Positions 42,725 to 56,518 of a stretch of 64,000 bases of DNA are shown one piece after another. Source of the stretch: Octopus sinensis (lineage: Eukaryota). The DNA is taken from NCBI RefSeq assembly GCF_006345805.1, contig NC_043000.1, forward strand, positions 145,390,001 through 145,454,000, in the 5' to 3' direction. Every line of letters begins with the position of its first letter. The stretch's first letter is position 1. The notes below the pieces were generated by a model. It did no database searches and was not told where the DNA came from. It saw nothing but the letters and a program-made list of their open reading frames with translations. A program made the position numbers and the translations under genes.

Positions 42725-43573
42725 CAAGGTGGGTGAAAAGTAAGTAGGCATTAAAACTTGGTAATAAAACCATAATTTATTACAAATTTATTGAAACAGA
42801 AGATACATGTTTTTTTTTATTACATGGGAAAATAGAAATAAAATCTTCATATTTCAACTTAAGCACCGCTGGCTTCAAACAGTTTTCTTCCAGGTATGGA
42901 ATGAACAACCTTCTGATGGACTTCGTCTGGGATATCATTGAGAACCTCTTGCGTTCGTGTCCCTGAGTCCTCCGGTGTGCAAGGTTTTGTCATGTACACC
43001 TCTTCTGTGTAACCCCACAGGTATAACAACACATGGAGTCAGATCTGGAATTCCTGGATTTGTGGACTTCTTGACTTCTCCAGTGACAATCTTCAGGTTT
43101 TAGCTCCAGCACGTAATGGGGTTTCCACGGACGAAAATTCAGTACTGTATGCAACACGTTAAGTATTGTGTCTTGTTAGTACAATTTCACGTACTGCTCA
43201 ACGTGTTGATTTTTGCGGGCTACTATTAAACATTTCCTGCACTGTTGTCACGTTCTCCACTGATCGGGATGTGGATGAACGGCACTTCTTGCATCGTTCC
43301 GGACGTAGTGTTGCATGCTTGCCCTTCCATGTACAACACCATCTCTGAACCAAAACATTGAAATTCCACACTTCATAACGTGATGCTATCTTAGATCGCT
43401 CTTGAACATCAATTGACCCACTATCTGGAAAATATGATATAAGAAATAAGACAATCAGAACATAAAAAACCTCATTAGAGTTGTCTGTTTTTAAAATGTT
43501 TTCGTCAAGACTTCAGTGATACTAAAAATTCTATAAGCAATTTCTAATGCTAAGTTACTTTTCACAAAACCTG
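42725..43573 (-). mobile_element. Internally deleted Tc1/mariner-superfamily transposon
   Basis: Imperfect ~36-bp TIRs (CAAGGTGGGTGAAAAGTAAG.. / CAGGTTTTGTGAAAAGTAAC..) with TA on both sides. Decayed transposase pieces: ERSKIASRYEVW, ENV..V.E.F..SP.KS.R, PDLTPC..WGY. Confidence 0.8.
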
Positions 43574-45800
43574 TATAACAAAATGAGCAGCAAATTCTGG
43601 TGCACTGTTACAATATTTCAGCAAAAATGAATATCATTTTTAGACATGAATGAAAGAAAACAATTGATTAAAAATGACGAATTTTTATCTTATATTCTAA
43701 GCCTTTGCATTTTGAATTAATGCACAGGCTTATAATGTAAAATAGTATGCACTTCAAGCACGAGGTATGGTGCTACATCATATACTAGTCTTACTATTAC
43801 ATTACATTTGAGATCCCTCACCAAAAATTACACTTATCCAAAATAAAACAAGCACTTATGGAAAATCTTGTAAAGTTTAATAATATACCATACATTTTAG
43901 AAAAAAAAACAGAATGATATAGAAAACTTGATGAGCCGGTTAACATCAAATCCAGGAATAGTTTTTACGTAAGAATATAAATAAAATACTGCTATGGAAT
44001 ATAATATCTGAAATTGACACCAAACCTCAATGGAAACATGAAAATAAATAAAAACGAAGAAAATACTAATTGGATATAAGCCAAGCTCCTGACATTAGTT
44101 CAATAACACTATCGTTCTATGCTCAACACCTAAAATAATATTTTGATATTTTGGTCATAAATGTTATATTTAAAGGAGAGAGATTATTCCATATTAGGGT
44201 CGACGTTGTCACCATTTTATACTTGCAACGTTGCTACAAGAATAGAAATGCTATATGTTAAAGTTAACCGTTGTTTCACTATAGTAATTTTATAGATTTC
44301 CTTAAAGAATTTTAAAACTATTGTTGGTAGAGTTCGCTCACAAGAGTATGAATAACGTGCAATACAATCATCTTGTTTCTGTCGTGATACGCATGATATC
44401 AATAAACTAGCTGGACCCGTGGATGTGATATGGGGCGGACAGCCTCTACAACATTCTTATTTTATTTTATATTTAAAAACTAAATGTTGCTACGAAATGG
44501 ATCGCACTTAAAGCTTTATTTCGATGCAGAGTAACATGTGAAATGCAGCAATACTATCTGATATGTACATTAATGTAAGTTAAATTTTTGTAGTAGATTT
44601 TTGATGTAAAATTGTTTATAATGAAGTTTATCTGTAGCTAGATCAATTTCTTTTCAGATTCCATTAATGTCATTAACGGTTGTTAATGATCGCAGTGGAA
44701 AGTAGCAGTTCTTTCTTTTATAAGATATGGATGCAATACTTTTATATAAATAAATATAAGATTTTCTTTATATAAACAAGCACATATATGCACTTAAACA
44801 CACTGCTTGTATAATTGTAGAGTAAATATGAATATGTGGTACATATACGTGAAACAAAATATATAGTTCAGATATAGTACAGAAATTTATTGTTCAAATA
44901 CACTAAAGCTAGAAATCGTGATATATCATAATAATCCATTTTAGTCATTAAGCGAAGCTACCAATATGAAAATTAGCTAACAAAAAAGAAAAATAAGAAA
45001 ACTAGCCATTCGCAAATGCAATAACTTACAAAATAAAATTTACCTTGAAGTTCATTTAATGCTTATTAAATAGCTTTCTGTATATGTTCTGGATTGTTAG
45101 GCATTCATCAGTAACTCATGTAATAATTTGATTCAAGCAACAACAGTGGCAAACTGTCAGAGCGTAACGAACATGCTAACGTACTAACAGAATGACTAGA
45201 ATAATTATATCTTGAACAAGGCAGTTAAGTATGGTGCTTAATTGACCTTTGTCTCTGTAACAAAGAAGCCAATTTCATTCTGTACGGCTGCGCTACAATG
45301 ATCTGTATTTATTCTTTCTACTTAAGAATAGAGTCGTAACAACCTACACAGACTACAGATGTATATTGATTCGCAAATAATCACGGAATGAAAGGTGACA
45401 TCAAATTATGTTTTCTAACACAAGAGATGAACATTTTTAGTGTTAGTAAATTATCAAAGGGACGAATTACCACTCGCCTTCAGACCTCAAAGTTTGAGAG
45501 TTTTGTAATGTGCCCTTGTGATATTGGCAGGTCTTGGGCATTTTTCAATTTTCAGGATTCCATCACTTGCCAGGTCGAATCGAAGCCGATTTCTTTCAGA
45601 GATAGGGAGAGAAGGACAGTGATAATTGGAGAGGAAATGAATTTACTTATGTACTGGACTGGACTGGTATTTTATATATCGGAACCAAAATATTAAAAGA
45701 ACAAGTTTAGTCGTGTTCGGATATGAAAGTAGGAGTCGATAGGTTGGACCAAAGAAAACATAGTGTCTAATTTGATTGGCTATCAACTCTATCAATCATA

Positions 45801-46216
45801 TAATAACAATTTAAGAAATAAAACATATGCATACACACATATATGTACATACCTATATCTATATGTATATATACATACATATATGAGTACAGGACACCAC
45901 AAATAAACGTATAACACAACGGGAAACGGACTTTTTTTTAACAACGAAAAAACAGAGTAGAAGACAAACAATACAAGGAATATTCCCCTTCATCAGCTAC
46001 CCCTGTTTCGACTCAATGTGTGTTTCGAAGGTATGGGCACAACACGATCCGGCTGAAGCAATCCTTCCTGCAAAATCAATTAAATAAAATTCTGTTGCAC
46101 AGGGGTAAAAAAAATGTGACCTGTACTCATATATGCATGTATATGTACATATAGATGTAGGTATGTACATATATGTATGTATGTATGCATATGTTTTATT
46201 TATTAAATTGTTATTA
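45801..46216. mobile_element. Small element with ~95-bp imperfect inverted arms (45801-45893 / 46120-46216), Penelope-like architecture
   Basis: The arms are reverse complements apart from a few substitutions and a 4-nt indel; related to the 37.6 kb fragment; abuts (TA)n. Confidence 0.65.
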
Positions 46217-46354
46217 TATATATATATATATAACAATTTAGGAGTGACCTTAACAGGTCACTCGTCCACCAGAAAGAGCAGCCATAACTCACACCGCCAA
46301 GTAGTAGTAATTCAGAAATTAGGTGAAAATTTAAAAACATTTACCCTAATTCAT

Positions 46355-46455
46355 CTTTTAGACGTTGCAACGTTTCTGTGTCATTAATGATTAAATTAGC
46401 TTAATTAAATTAAATTAAGCTAATCTACCATAGGTTACACTTCATCAGTTAAAAA
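46355..46455 (-). ncRNA. Type I hammerhead ribozyme, array unit 1
   Basis: UUUUUAA-CUGAUGA-A-GUGU..ACAC-A-GAAA-CGUUGCAAC-GUC-UAAAAG; predicted cleavage between 46361 and 46360. Confidence 0.8.
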
Positions 46456-46827
46456 CCTGGGAGAGACAATATACACGAGGCGTCTGTATCGATGCCTACG
46501 GAATATCTGTCTTAAAATTTTCAAGACTGACGTATTCGCGCCAAACTTATCAGCAGTAAATATAAACTGCCGATTCAATCTCAGAATTATTCAGAAAATT
46601 ATCAATTAGTCAATTTAGGGTAGCAAAAAAATTCAATAGAAATCTATCGCTACCAGCGGCCTGGTGGAAAAGAGAAAATAGTCATCGACTAAATATATAA
46701 ATATAACAATTTAGGAGTGACCTTAACAGGTCACTCGTCCACCAGAAAGAGCAGCCATAACTCACACCGCCAAGTAGTAGTAATTCAGAAATTAGGTGAA
46801 AATTTAAAAACATTTACCCTAATTCAT

Positions 46828-46928
46828 CTTTTAGACGTTGCAACGTTTCTGTGTCATTAATGATTAAATTAGCTTAATTAAATTAAATTAAGCTAATCTA
46901 CCATAGGTTACACTTCATCAGTAAAAAA
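46828..46928 (-). ncRNA. Type I hammerhead ribozyme, array unit 2
   Basis: Same motif; one substitution gives an unbulged stem I. Confidence 0.8.
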
Positions 46929-47298
46929 CCTGGGAGAGACAAATATACACGAGGCGTCTGTATCGATGCCTACGGAATATCTGTCTTAAAATTTTCAAGA
47001 CTGACGTATTCGCGCCAAATTATCAGCAGTAAATATAAACTGCCGATTCAATCTCAGAATTATTCAGAAAATTATCAATTAGTCAATTTAGGGTAGCAAA
47101 AAAATTCAATAGAAATCTATCGCTACCAGCGGCCTGGTGGAAAAGAGAAAATAGTCATCGACTAAATATATAAATATAACAATTTAGGAGTGACCTAACA
47201 GGTCACTCGTCCACCAGAAGAGCAGCCATAACTCACACCGCCAAGTAGTAGTAATTCAGAAATTAGGTGAAAATTTAAAAACATTTACCCTAATTCAT

Positions 47299-47399
47299 CT
47301 TTTAGACGTTGCAACGTTTCTGTGTCATTAATGATTAAATTAGCTTAATTAAATTAAATTAAGCTAATCTACCATAGGTTACACTTCATCAGTTAAAAA
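47299..47399 (-). ncRNA. Type I hammerhead ribozyme, array unit 3
   Basis: Same motif. Confidence 0.8.
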
Positions 47400-47918
47400 C
47401 CTGGGAGAGACAAATATACACGAGGCGTCTGTATCGATGCCTACGGAATATCTGTCTTAAAATTTTCAAGACTGACGTATTCGCGCCAAACTTATCAGCA
47501 GTAAATATAAACTGCCGATTCAATCTCAGAATTATTCAGAAAATTATCAATTAGTCAATTTAGGGTAGCAAAAAAATTCAATTGAAATCTATCGCTACCA
47601 GCGGCCTGGTGGAAAAGAGAAAATAGTCATCGACTAAATATATAAATATAACAATTTAGGAGTGACCTTATATTTATATATTTAGTCGATGACTATTTTC
47701 TCTTTTCCACCAGGCCGCTGGTAGCGATAGATTTCTATTGAATTTTTTTGCTACCCTAAATTGACTAATTGATAATTTCTGAATAATTCTGAGATTGAAT
47801 CGGCAGTTTATATTTACTGCTGATAAGTTTGGCGCGAATACGTCAGTCTTGAAAATTTTAAGACAGATATTCCGTAGGCATCGATACAGACGCCTCGTGT
47901 ATATTTGTCTCTCCCAGG

Positions 47919-48019
47919 TTTTTAACTGATGAAGTGTAACCTATGGTAGATTAGCTTAATTTAATTTAATTAAGCTAATTTAATCATTAATGACACAGAA
48001 ACGTTGCAACGTCTAAAAG
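47919..48019 (+). ncRNA. Type I hammerhead ribozyme, inverted unit
   Basis: CTGATGA 47926-47932, GAAA 47998-48001, GTC 48011-48013. Confidence 0.8.
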
Positions 48020-48294
48020 ATGAATTAGGGTAAATGTTTTTAAATTTTCACCTAATTTCTGAATTACTACTACTTGGCGGTGTGAGTTATGGCTGCTCTT
48101 TCTGGTGGACGAGTGACCTGTTAAGGTCACTCCTAAATTGTTATATTTATATATTTAGTCGATGACTATTTTCTCTTTTCCACCAGGCCGCTGGTAGCGA
48201 TAGATTTCTATTGAATTTTTTTGCTACCCTAAATTGACTATATATATATATATATATACATTCAAATGCCAGTAAGTTCGAAGCAAGTATTTAG

Positions 48295-48460
48295 ACCATT
48301 ACTTCGAATTCACTGCTCAACGGGTACTTATTTTATAGTCCCCGAAAGTAAGAAAGGGAAAGTCGATCTCGGAGTAATTTAAACTCAGGATATAGAGACG
48401 ACGGCCACAGTGTGGTAAGCATTTTGCCAGCTGTGCTAACCAATCTGCCAACTCGCCGCG
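48295..48460 (-). mobile_element. SINE family B, decayed
   Basis: Diverged head and body match. Confidence 0.65.
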
Positions 48461-48529
48461 TTATAAAAGATAGTAGAATTGACATGAAGCAAAACTTCTC
48501 TTGGATCTGTGACCACTACATCACATCAC

Positions 48530-49175
48530 ATTGAAGGCTATGCAATTTCAATCCAACACAAATTAGACTGCTACTAAATACCTGATAAACAAAAGAGACA
48601 CTGAAACCCTTGGAGTTCCAAGATGCGACCAAAAAATATAGATTATGTCATATTTCTGAGGAAGGTGTCACACATGTGATTAGGATCCACCCAAAAATGT
48701 CATTTGTTAAAAAGACTACCTTGAAATAAATATAGAGAAAAACCCTGTCACTGAATACGTACAGAAGCATCAACATTAGGAATACTGGTGGATATTACCA
48801 TCAAGATATACAAGTGTAATTGTAAGATGGCGGATATTGTTATTTGGGACAGGCAAGAAAAAGCATGCATTATCATGGATGACAGTTGTCCTGCTGATGA
48901 GAACAATCCTTTAAGAATCAAAGGGAAGGAGATTTACATTGGACAACTGTTTCGAAACCTCCAGCTTCTATATCCAGAGTACAATTTTACATTTACATTA
49001 ATAATAATTGCTGATAGTTTTGTGGGTAATTGCTTCACTGACAGTCTGGACGAACTCGGATTTTTAGAAAAAGAAATCAACCAACTGATTTGCATATTAC
49101 AAACACAAACAATAAGTGGAACTGTAAAAAATGCAAGACATTTCTCAAATTTAAAATGGAACATTGTTTTCATTA
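48530..49175 (+). mobile_element. RLE-type non-LTR retrotransposon 3' fragment
   Basis: ORF 48788-49225: ADIVIWDRQEKACIIMDDSCPADEN..KE..QLFRNLQLLYP..QTISGTVK, a decayed PD..D/E.K restriction-like endonuclease. Confidence 0.7.
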
Positions 49176-49336
49176 TTTACATTCCAACGAAAGCATCTCT
49201 GTCCTCAGGGGAAGAATTTAAATAATTAAAAGTAGAAGAAATATGTATGCCTACAAATACACACACACACACACACATAACATACACACACACAAACGCA
49301 CGCATATATATGTATATATATATGTATGTATATATA

Positions 49337-49391
<55 letters not shown>

Positions 49392-50741
49392 CTGATATAT
49401 TTTCAGCGAACATAATCTCATGAACTTTTTGTGACTTTGTGATGACGTTTGATGAAATATCTATCTTACTTCAGTATTATTAACACTACCTTTTTTGTGA
49501 ACACTTAACGAGTATACGTATATTGCAGCTCACAGCGGTAGATTCTTTTTTAATGATCACACATTAATGTATTTGAGTAACTCCATTTTACCTTTTTCTT
49601 TCCTTGATAATATTTGGTTAAATACAATATATTCTGATAAGATCGTTCTGGAATTAAACATCATATTCTTTTATACTACGTGTACACTGCGTATTAAAAA
49701 TCATGATTGTTTCCAGAAACTTGCACAAAGCATCCACATACGCACGATGCAAGCATAGTAGTCTGCCGAAGAGATCTCTATATTACGCATTGAATTATGA
49801 TTTTGATGCCATTACTTGGAAGCTTGGGTAATAATTGCTGTCTTAACGTCTAATGAACAATATATTAAAAGTTGAATATTTTAGAGGGAAACTGTAGAGA
49901 CGTTTATAGAGAATCTGTGCTGAGTATATGATTTACATATTTTTTGCCGATGTATATCAATGCAAATTGTAAACATTGGCGAAAAGGTAACACTATCCTC
50001 CTCTATATACAAAGTTGCCTGAGTGAACAGATTTTGCATCGAATTTGAAATACTAGTAACCAGCCACATGGCGCCCTGAAAATTAGAGACCAACCGTGCC
50101 CACGTTTGCAAATCGCAATTTTAAATTAAAAATATATAATTCTCATTGAAAATTAAGATCTACCTTTCCACATTACAGAAATCAACAATTCTCTTTTTTT
50201 TTCGTTTTTGAAACGCGCTATATTTCTACATTGTGATTTATGAAAGCGATACTACCTGAAACGTGTGTGCAACAGCAATAGCGAAAGAAATAAGTTGTTA
50301 GACGAATTGTATAATATTAACTGTCATATAAACTATGTGGTGATGATAAACTATCTAGTCGTTGTAATAGATGGTCGTTTAAAGTATTGTTCTGTATTTA
50401 GCTTTTTGCTCTCAAGTCGAATTCCAGCCAGCAGTGAGTAGAGTGTTGATGCAGCAAGCGCCAGTAATATTGACTAGTTTCGCGAACATTATCAGTTTGT
50501 TAAGTAACTTTATATAGCCCTAACTACAGATATTAGCTTAAAACTAATTATGAATAATATATTTGCTCATTTGAATAACAATGCTCTTGTTCGCGGCGCA
50601 TATTAATGAAGGCACTAAGACAGAGTCTTTGAAGATACGTTGCAAATATATGCACATGTAAATGTTTCTGTATGCAACTATTTACCTTTCTGTGCAGACA
50701 GCTGAATATGTTCGTGTGCGTGCGTGTGTGTTTACATATAA

Positions 50742-50773
<32 letters not shown>

Positions 50774-50890
50774 ATGTCTATACTTATACATATACATAAT
50801 ATATGTTGTTTGTGTATACATTAATATGTTTGTACGTGAGTGTGTGTGTATATGTGTGTTTGTTTGTATGTGTGTTAGAGTGTGTATGTG

Positions 50891-50926
<36 letters not shown>

Positions 50927-51508
50927 ATGTATGTAAATATCTCACTAACGATGTATGCACCTAATATCATGCCACTTTAGTAAGTGAATCTCATAATTTA
51001 TTCACTATCAGTTGATCGACTGAAAATATTATCTTCATAGAGTCTGTCAATTAACACTTTGCAACAAATGAAAAACCAGTACTGCCTCTGTAACTATGCC
51101 ACTCTAACTATTTAATTCTTACTCTATAAAGCTAATATGGACATTTCAAAAACCTCATGAAATCATTTCACCGAATGTTTACATAGTAACCTGGAGCAAT
51201 ATCAATTTCTACACCCAAATGCTTCAGTAGAGCACACATACGCACACTCACACAGGAATTAGCTGGTGCTTATACATAATCACACGCACGAATGAATGAA
51301 TTTATATTATTTACGTCATAGGAATATAGAACATTAGAGAGACATGAGATAAATTGCTTTTAACGTTCGTACTCGAAGTGGATAAATCTATAAAAATTGC
51401 ATATTTGAGGGTGGGGAATCGAATGATACTCGTGAATTTTAAGCTAATATCAAAACGCTATTAATTATAGTTTAATCTCCTTGGAGATCTACTGTTAATG
51501 ATATCTAT

Positions 51509-51603
<95 letters not shown>

Positions 51604-51689
51604 TTTTGTTATACGGTGCCGAGCTTTACAGTCATGTAAATAATAATGCTTGTACATTATTTACAATTGACGGATATTTTTTTGTTGTA

Positions 51690-51740
51690 AACACAACGTT
51701 TCGTCTGATATACTCTCCAGCCCTCATCAGATCAGATGTC
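51690..51740 (-). ncRNA. Degenerate hammerhead in a Penelope-like fragment next to (TA)n
   Basis: ACAU[CUGAU]CUGAUGA-GGGCUG..CAGAC-GAAA-C-GUU-GUGU; a 5-nt duplication disrupts stem I. Confidence 0.5.
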
Positions 51741-52445
51741 ATGGGGAAATTTCGAACCTGCGTTCTCATTCCTAAGGTATTTATCGATGTTATAGGTGAT
51801 TGCAAGCCCTCAAAAAGCATTAAATGGCTGAAAGACTAAAATAATTTTAATCCTTCAAGCTATTTAAGGCTTCTTGGGGCCCTACATTATCGATTATCAT
51901 TTTTTAATTGTTAAAGTAGATAATAAAAGAGTCAATGATATTTTCGCAAGTAATTTTTTCACATGAATTATTTGCTCCGTATTGAAATTATTTTTACATT
52001 GGTGGCTAATATGATTTTGGCGCAAAACGGATCAGCTGCAGCGCAGACTTCAACACGACAGATTGGAGCTCTGATGAAGAAGGTTACGCTATTATGCTAT
52101 TCCAGAAACCGGTACACGTGAGTCTAAATACTTGAATGTATGCTGAGAGATTGTCTTGGCCCGTTGGCCTTCGGACGATTTATTTCTGTAGTTATTATCA
52201 GAGTAATTTGGTGATTAAATAAGAGTTTTGACTGCTATTTCAAGCAAGTAGACATACTGTGTCCTGTGATTAATTTTAACCCTTCATGCAAGTTAATGCT
52301 TCTTGAGGATCTAAAGTCGCCGATATTATTGATTCTGTTATCATCATTTTTGAATTGTTAAAGTAGATAATAACAAATTCAATGATATCTTCGCAAATTA
52401 TTTTACGTTAATTATTTGCTCTGTATTGAAATTATATATCTATAC

Positions 52446-52499
<54 letters not shown>

Positions 52500-52516
52500 T
52501 AATATATATATATATA

Positions 52517-52658
<142 letters not shown>

Positions 52659-52755
52659 ATTTATTAAGTGAACTCGACGCATCCATTTCCCGCGTGTGTA
52701 CCGTTGGCGATTTTTTTCCTCTGTGTTCCCTTCTCTGGATCTTTCCCTCTCCTAT

Positions 52756-52790
52756 GTTTCCGACGAAGAACTCCGCTCGAAACGTTAAAC
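52756..52790 (+). ncRNA. Minimal hammerhead in a Penelope-like fragment (about 52660-52890) within (TA)n
   Basis: GUUU-CCGACGA-A-GAAC UCC GCUC-GAAA-C-GUU-AAAC; stem I GUUU/AAAC. Confidence 0.6.
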
Positions 52791-52889
52791 CCTCCTTCTT
52801 TCCTTCTTTCCCGAGCGTACAATAATACTATACTTGTCCCACGTCCTCGCGTTGTAGTGTATTTTTGTGTTTTCATGTTTGGATTAACT

Positions 52890-52997
<108 letters not shown>

Positions 52998-55900
52998 ATA
53001 TATATATATATACATATATGCACTGCAACTTATGTAGTTCTTCAGACACAAGGATTAACGAATACAAATTCGTCACTAGTATTGACTGATTCAGTATAAA
53101 TTTACACTTTTTTGTAATCAGCTCAGGATTATCTATCTTTACTGTCCTAAATTGGAAGTCATAACTAGACATAAATACATCTAGTGATGGAAGGCATGTT
53201 TATATGTACATCTAGGATTCGAAGGCATGTATGTATGTGTGCGTATGAATGTATGTTTGCGCTTAAGTATATGCACAGGTATAAAATTAATTATATTTGT
53301 GAAACTCTTTGAAGACTCAATTAAATACTCATAATATCTCATTGCCATTTGAAAGGCCCTTTTTTTAAATCTTGATAAAACTTTGTTATTTGAAACCTAT
53401 ACATTTTGTATTTGCTCATACACGACGTCACTACTCAGCATAGTTCATCATTATTTCATTCATAATTTCTCTGGAATTTTTAGTATAGTTCACTGGAGTG
53501 AGCTAGTAAATGATATGTAAATCATATTTGTATGAAACGTCGTATATTCTAAATTTATGCTGATATTTAAATAGCTAGTATAACTAAGAATTGTCGGTGC
53601 TACCTCATATGAAATAGACCTTTAATCAAAAACATTCTAGTGATTACCACACCATCAATTTAGACCTCACAATCTAATGTAACATGCATTTTTAATGTGG
53701 TTAAGAGACAGATATGATCGTTTACCATTTATTTGTTCTGAAATAGTTTTTTTTTCTTTTAGCATTAAGTGGGACGGCGCGAGCTTTATCATTTATATTC
53801 GAACTGGTAACAGAATATATATTTCATAAAAATTCTCACACAGTACATTATTGGTTTCCGTATTCATAATGTCAGTTTATCCAAATATATTATAAATGAT
53901 AGTTAGAAATACATACTTAAATATCGCAGGTACTTTCAGGCAGAAAACAATATACCTGAAATAGCTTATTATTCATTCAAATTGCTAGTATGCCACCGAA
54001 GCTACTAAATGCAGCTTATGAACGTCCGAACGTTTTAGTGTACTATTTAAATATCCACTATAATAACATTATATGTTTTATCGTAAAATAAACTAATACA
54101 GTTACCTTGTAGCCTAGCAGGTTTGTTGTGAAAATCATGCTTTCTATAATGTTATAAAACAGTGATATGGTGCTTGATGAAAAACAATGAATAAAATGTT
54201 CCTTACTATAAGATGCACCATGTAATTATATATTTTCATTTGTACCTAGTTGTGCAATTGATATTTTACAACAAAACAAAGAAGGAACAGAATATAATTA
54301 TTGGTTCTTATGCCAAAAGAAACAAATAGGGCTAAGGTTTATGTGTGGCAGAATGGGATTGAAGTTTGTGATGAAATACCCTTATAAATATGGAGTGTGA
54401 AGAACATGTTTGCCATATTCGGAAAAGTAAACGAATATTATTGTTCCATAAGACAGAATGTACTATTAGATAATTATGCATGAGTTATCATGGTTTTGTA
54501 TGGTGATAACAGACTTACAAAATATTTAATTCTCAGAAGGTTTTTTCAAAATTTCTTACTTTGAAGAAGTTTACAAATTGGTAGGAAAAATATATAAATA
54601 ATCGAATAAATGAAACGAATATTTGTCTGGTATTTATTGTGTTTATCCTTGAAGATGAAAAGTAAAGGTGATTTTGCACTATTTAAAATTTGAAAAAAAT
54701 ATATCAAATACCACTAGATTCATGTCAAGCAATCGACTATGCGTGTATTCCTTCATATAGAAACTTATTCTATTTCTGAATAACAAATTTGATAACAACG
54801 TGATATATTTTATGTGATGCAATCAAATATGCACTTCACCCGACATTTAATGCGTTTGCCTACATATTGGAAATCCGATTTAAACATGGCAATGAAAGAA
54901 AATGTAAATTATATAGTTTAGTGGGATTTACGAATTTAATTCTACATATTATTTGCAATTTGGCATGATATATTTCCTTTCATCACCTATGGCATGCACA
55001 TTATTCCTGTGATTATCATTCCTATACATGTACAGTCATGTATCTATATCAAATAATATGAGATAATCCTCTGGTTTTATTTACTTTGCATCATTAAATA
55101 AGTTGATTAAAAGATGCATATCCATATTTTTGAATATATTTGAAGCCAATTAAAGCAGTGGAGTGCACAAATCGACACTGACAAATAAACTAGCAGTCTT
55201 AGCATTCTTGTTAACTATTAGCTATAGAAGAAAAACACACGTAAATCCCGAAGTGTAACCAAATATTTAGAAGTAACTAAATATTTATTTGTCATTTAAT
55301 CACCATGAAAAATAATGTAATTAAACATATACTTCGAATATAATGTGCTAGTTCAGATGTGGGTTATTAGTAATGTTTTAAAATCGCCAGTAAATGCAAT
55401 TACCTTATAGAAATATGCTATACATTTTACATTTTCACAAATATTTGTTTATCAACGAGTGAATATTGTACTTTCACCAAACTACCACACTAATATTAAT
55501 TAAATAAAGAATTAAAAATTACAATTTATAATCATAAATAACCATTGTATTCTCTTCTTATCTTTGTTTTCCATTCTTTACGTCTTCTACTTCACTTAAA
55601 TCAACTTAATTTGACACGACTACTTAAAATTCTACCACATTCACTAATTATGAATATGAGATTTTTAAACCTCAGAGCAATCAATAAAATGCTTCTTTGT
55701 AACAATAAATTGAATATTATATTTTATGAAATTCATTAAATTTAGTTGTGAATTTTGGCAGATATTAAACATATTCAAATCAAATTGTATTGTCCAATTT
55801 CCATTGTGTGTATCAAAGTATATGAAAGTGTGCGTGTATGTATATCAGTCTATCTGTGTATTTGTATCTCTATCTAAATATCTATGTTTCTTTCTCTCTA

Positions 55901-56190
55901 TCTATTTATCTATTCTGTCTCTCTGTCTATCTATCTATCTAGCTAGCTAGCTAGATATCTATCACTGTATTTTCTCCCGATATTATATATGTGTAAATAT
56001 CATCGCACACGACATGGACAAAATTTCTTCTTAAGAAGAAATGCATAATATCATGAATAGTGATAGCGAAATCGGTCGATTTATTAAAAAATTTATATTA
56101 AAACTATGTTGGTTTGCGTATTTTCCGTTTTTAATTTCTTATATACATTGCAACTCACCACGTGGGGATATTAGAAATTCCTCATTTCTG

Positions 56191-56248
<58 letters not shown>

Positions 56249-56354
56249 ATATTGATAAAACGGTAAGATAACAAAAGAAAGAAAGAGACCTCAATATTAT
56301 GTAAATAGAGGAAATTTATCTATACAATAATATGTTACATTACTCGGTAGTCAA

Positions 56355-56415
56355 GATAAAACTCTGAGTTTCAGATGCCGAAGTGGAAATCCACAACACC
56401 ATCTCATCGGTTATC
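56355..56415 (-). ncRNA. Type I hammerhead motif (left arm)
   Basis: Exact reverse complement of 56519-56579. Confidence 0.7.
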
Positions 56416-56518
56416 TGGCTTTTTGGATTATCGCTTAACATCGGTTGAGGACTCTTACACACAGAAGAATTCAATATGGATGCATATCACATAGATTATT
56501 CTATGAAAGAAATAGCCA

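Larger units (their letters stand above)
46231..48240. mobile_element. 473-bp hammerhead-bearing tandem/inverted array (candidate retrozyme or Penelope-dependent non-autonomous element)
   Basis: Units start at 46231, 46704, 47177 and 47649 (22 bp only); inverted unit 47671-48143 plus a 97-bp partial 48144-48240. (TA)n on both sides, no ORF, near-identical units. Confidence 0.9.

Noticed and set aside
45975-46015. CTGATGA and GAAAC on the minus strand as a hammerhead
   Set aside because: Order and spacing do not allow the three stems to form.
46231-47670. CRISPR-like array
   Set aside because: Whole 473-bp units are repeated with no unique spacers and no cas genes; eukaryotic context.
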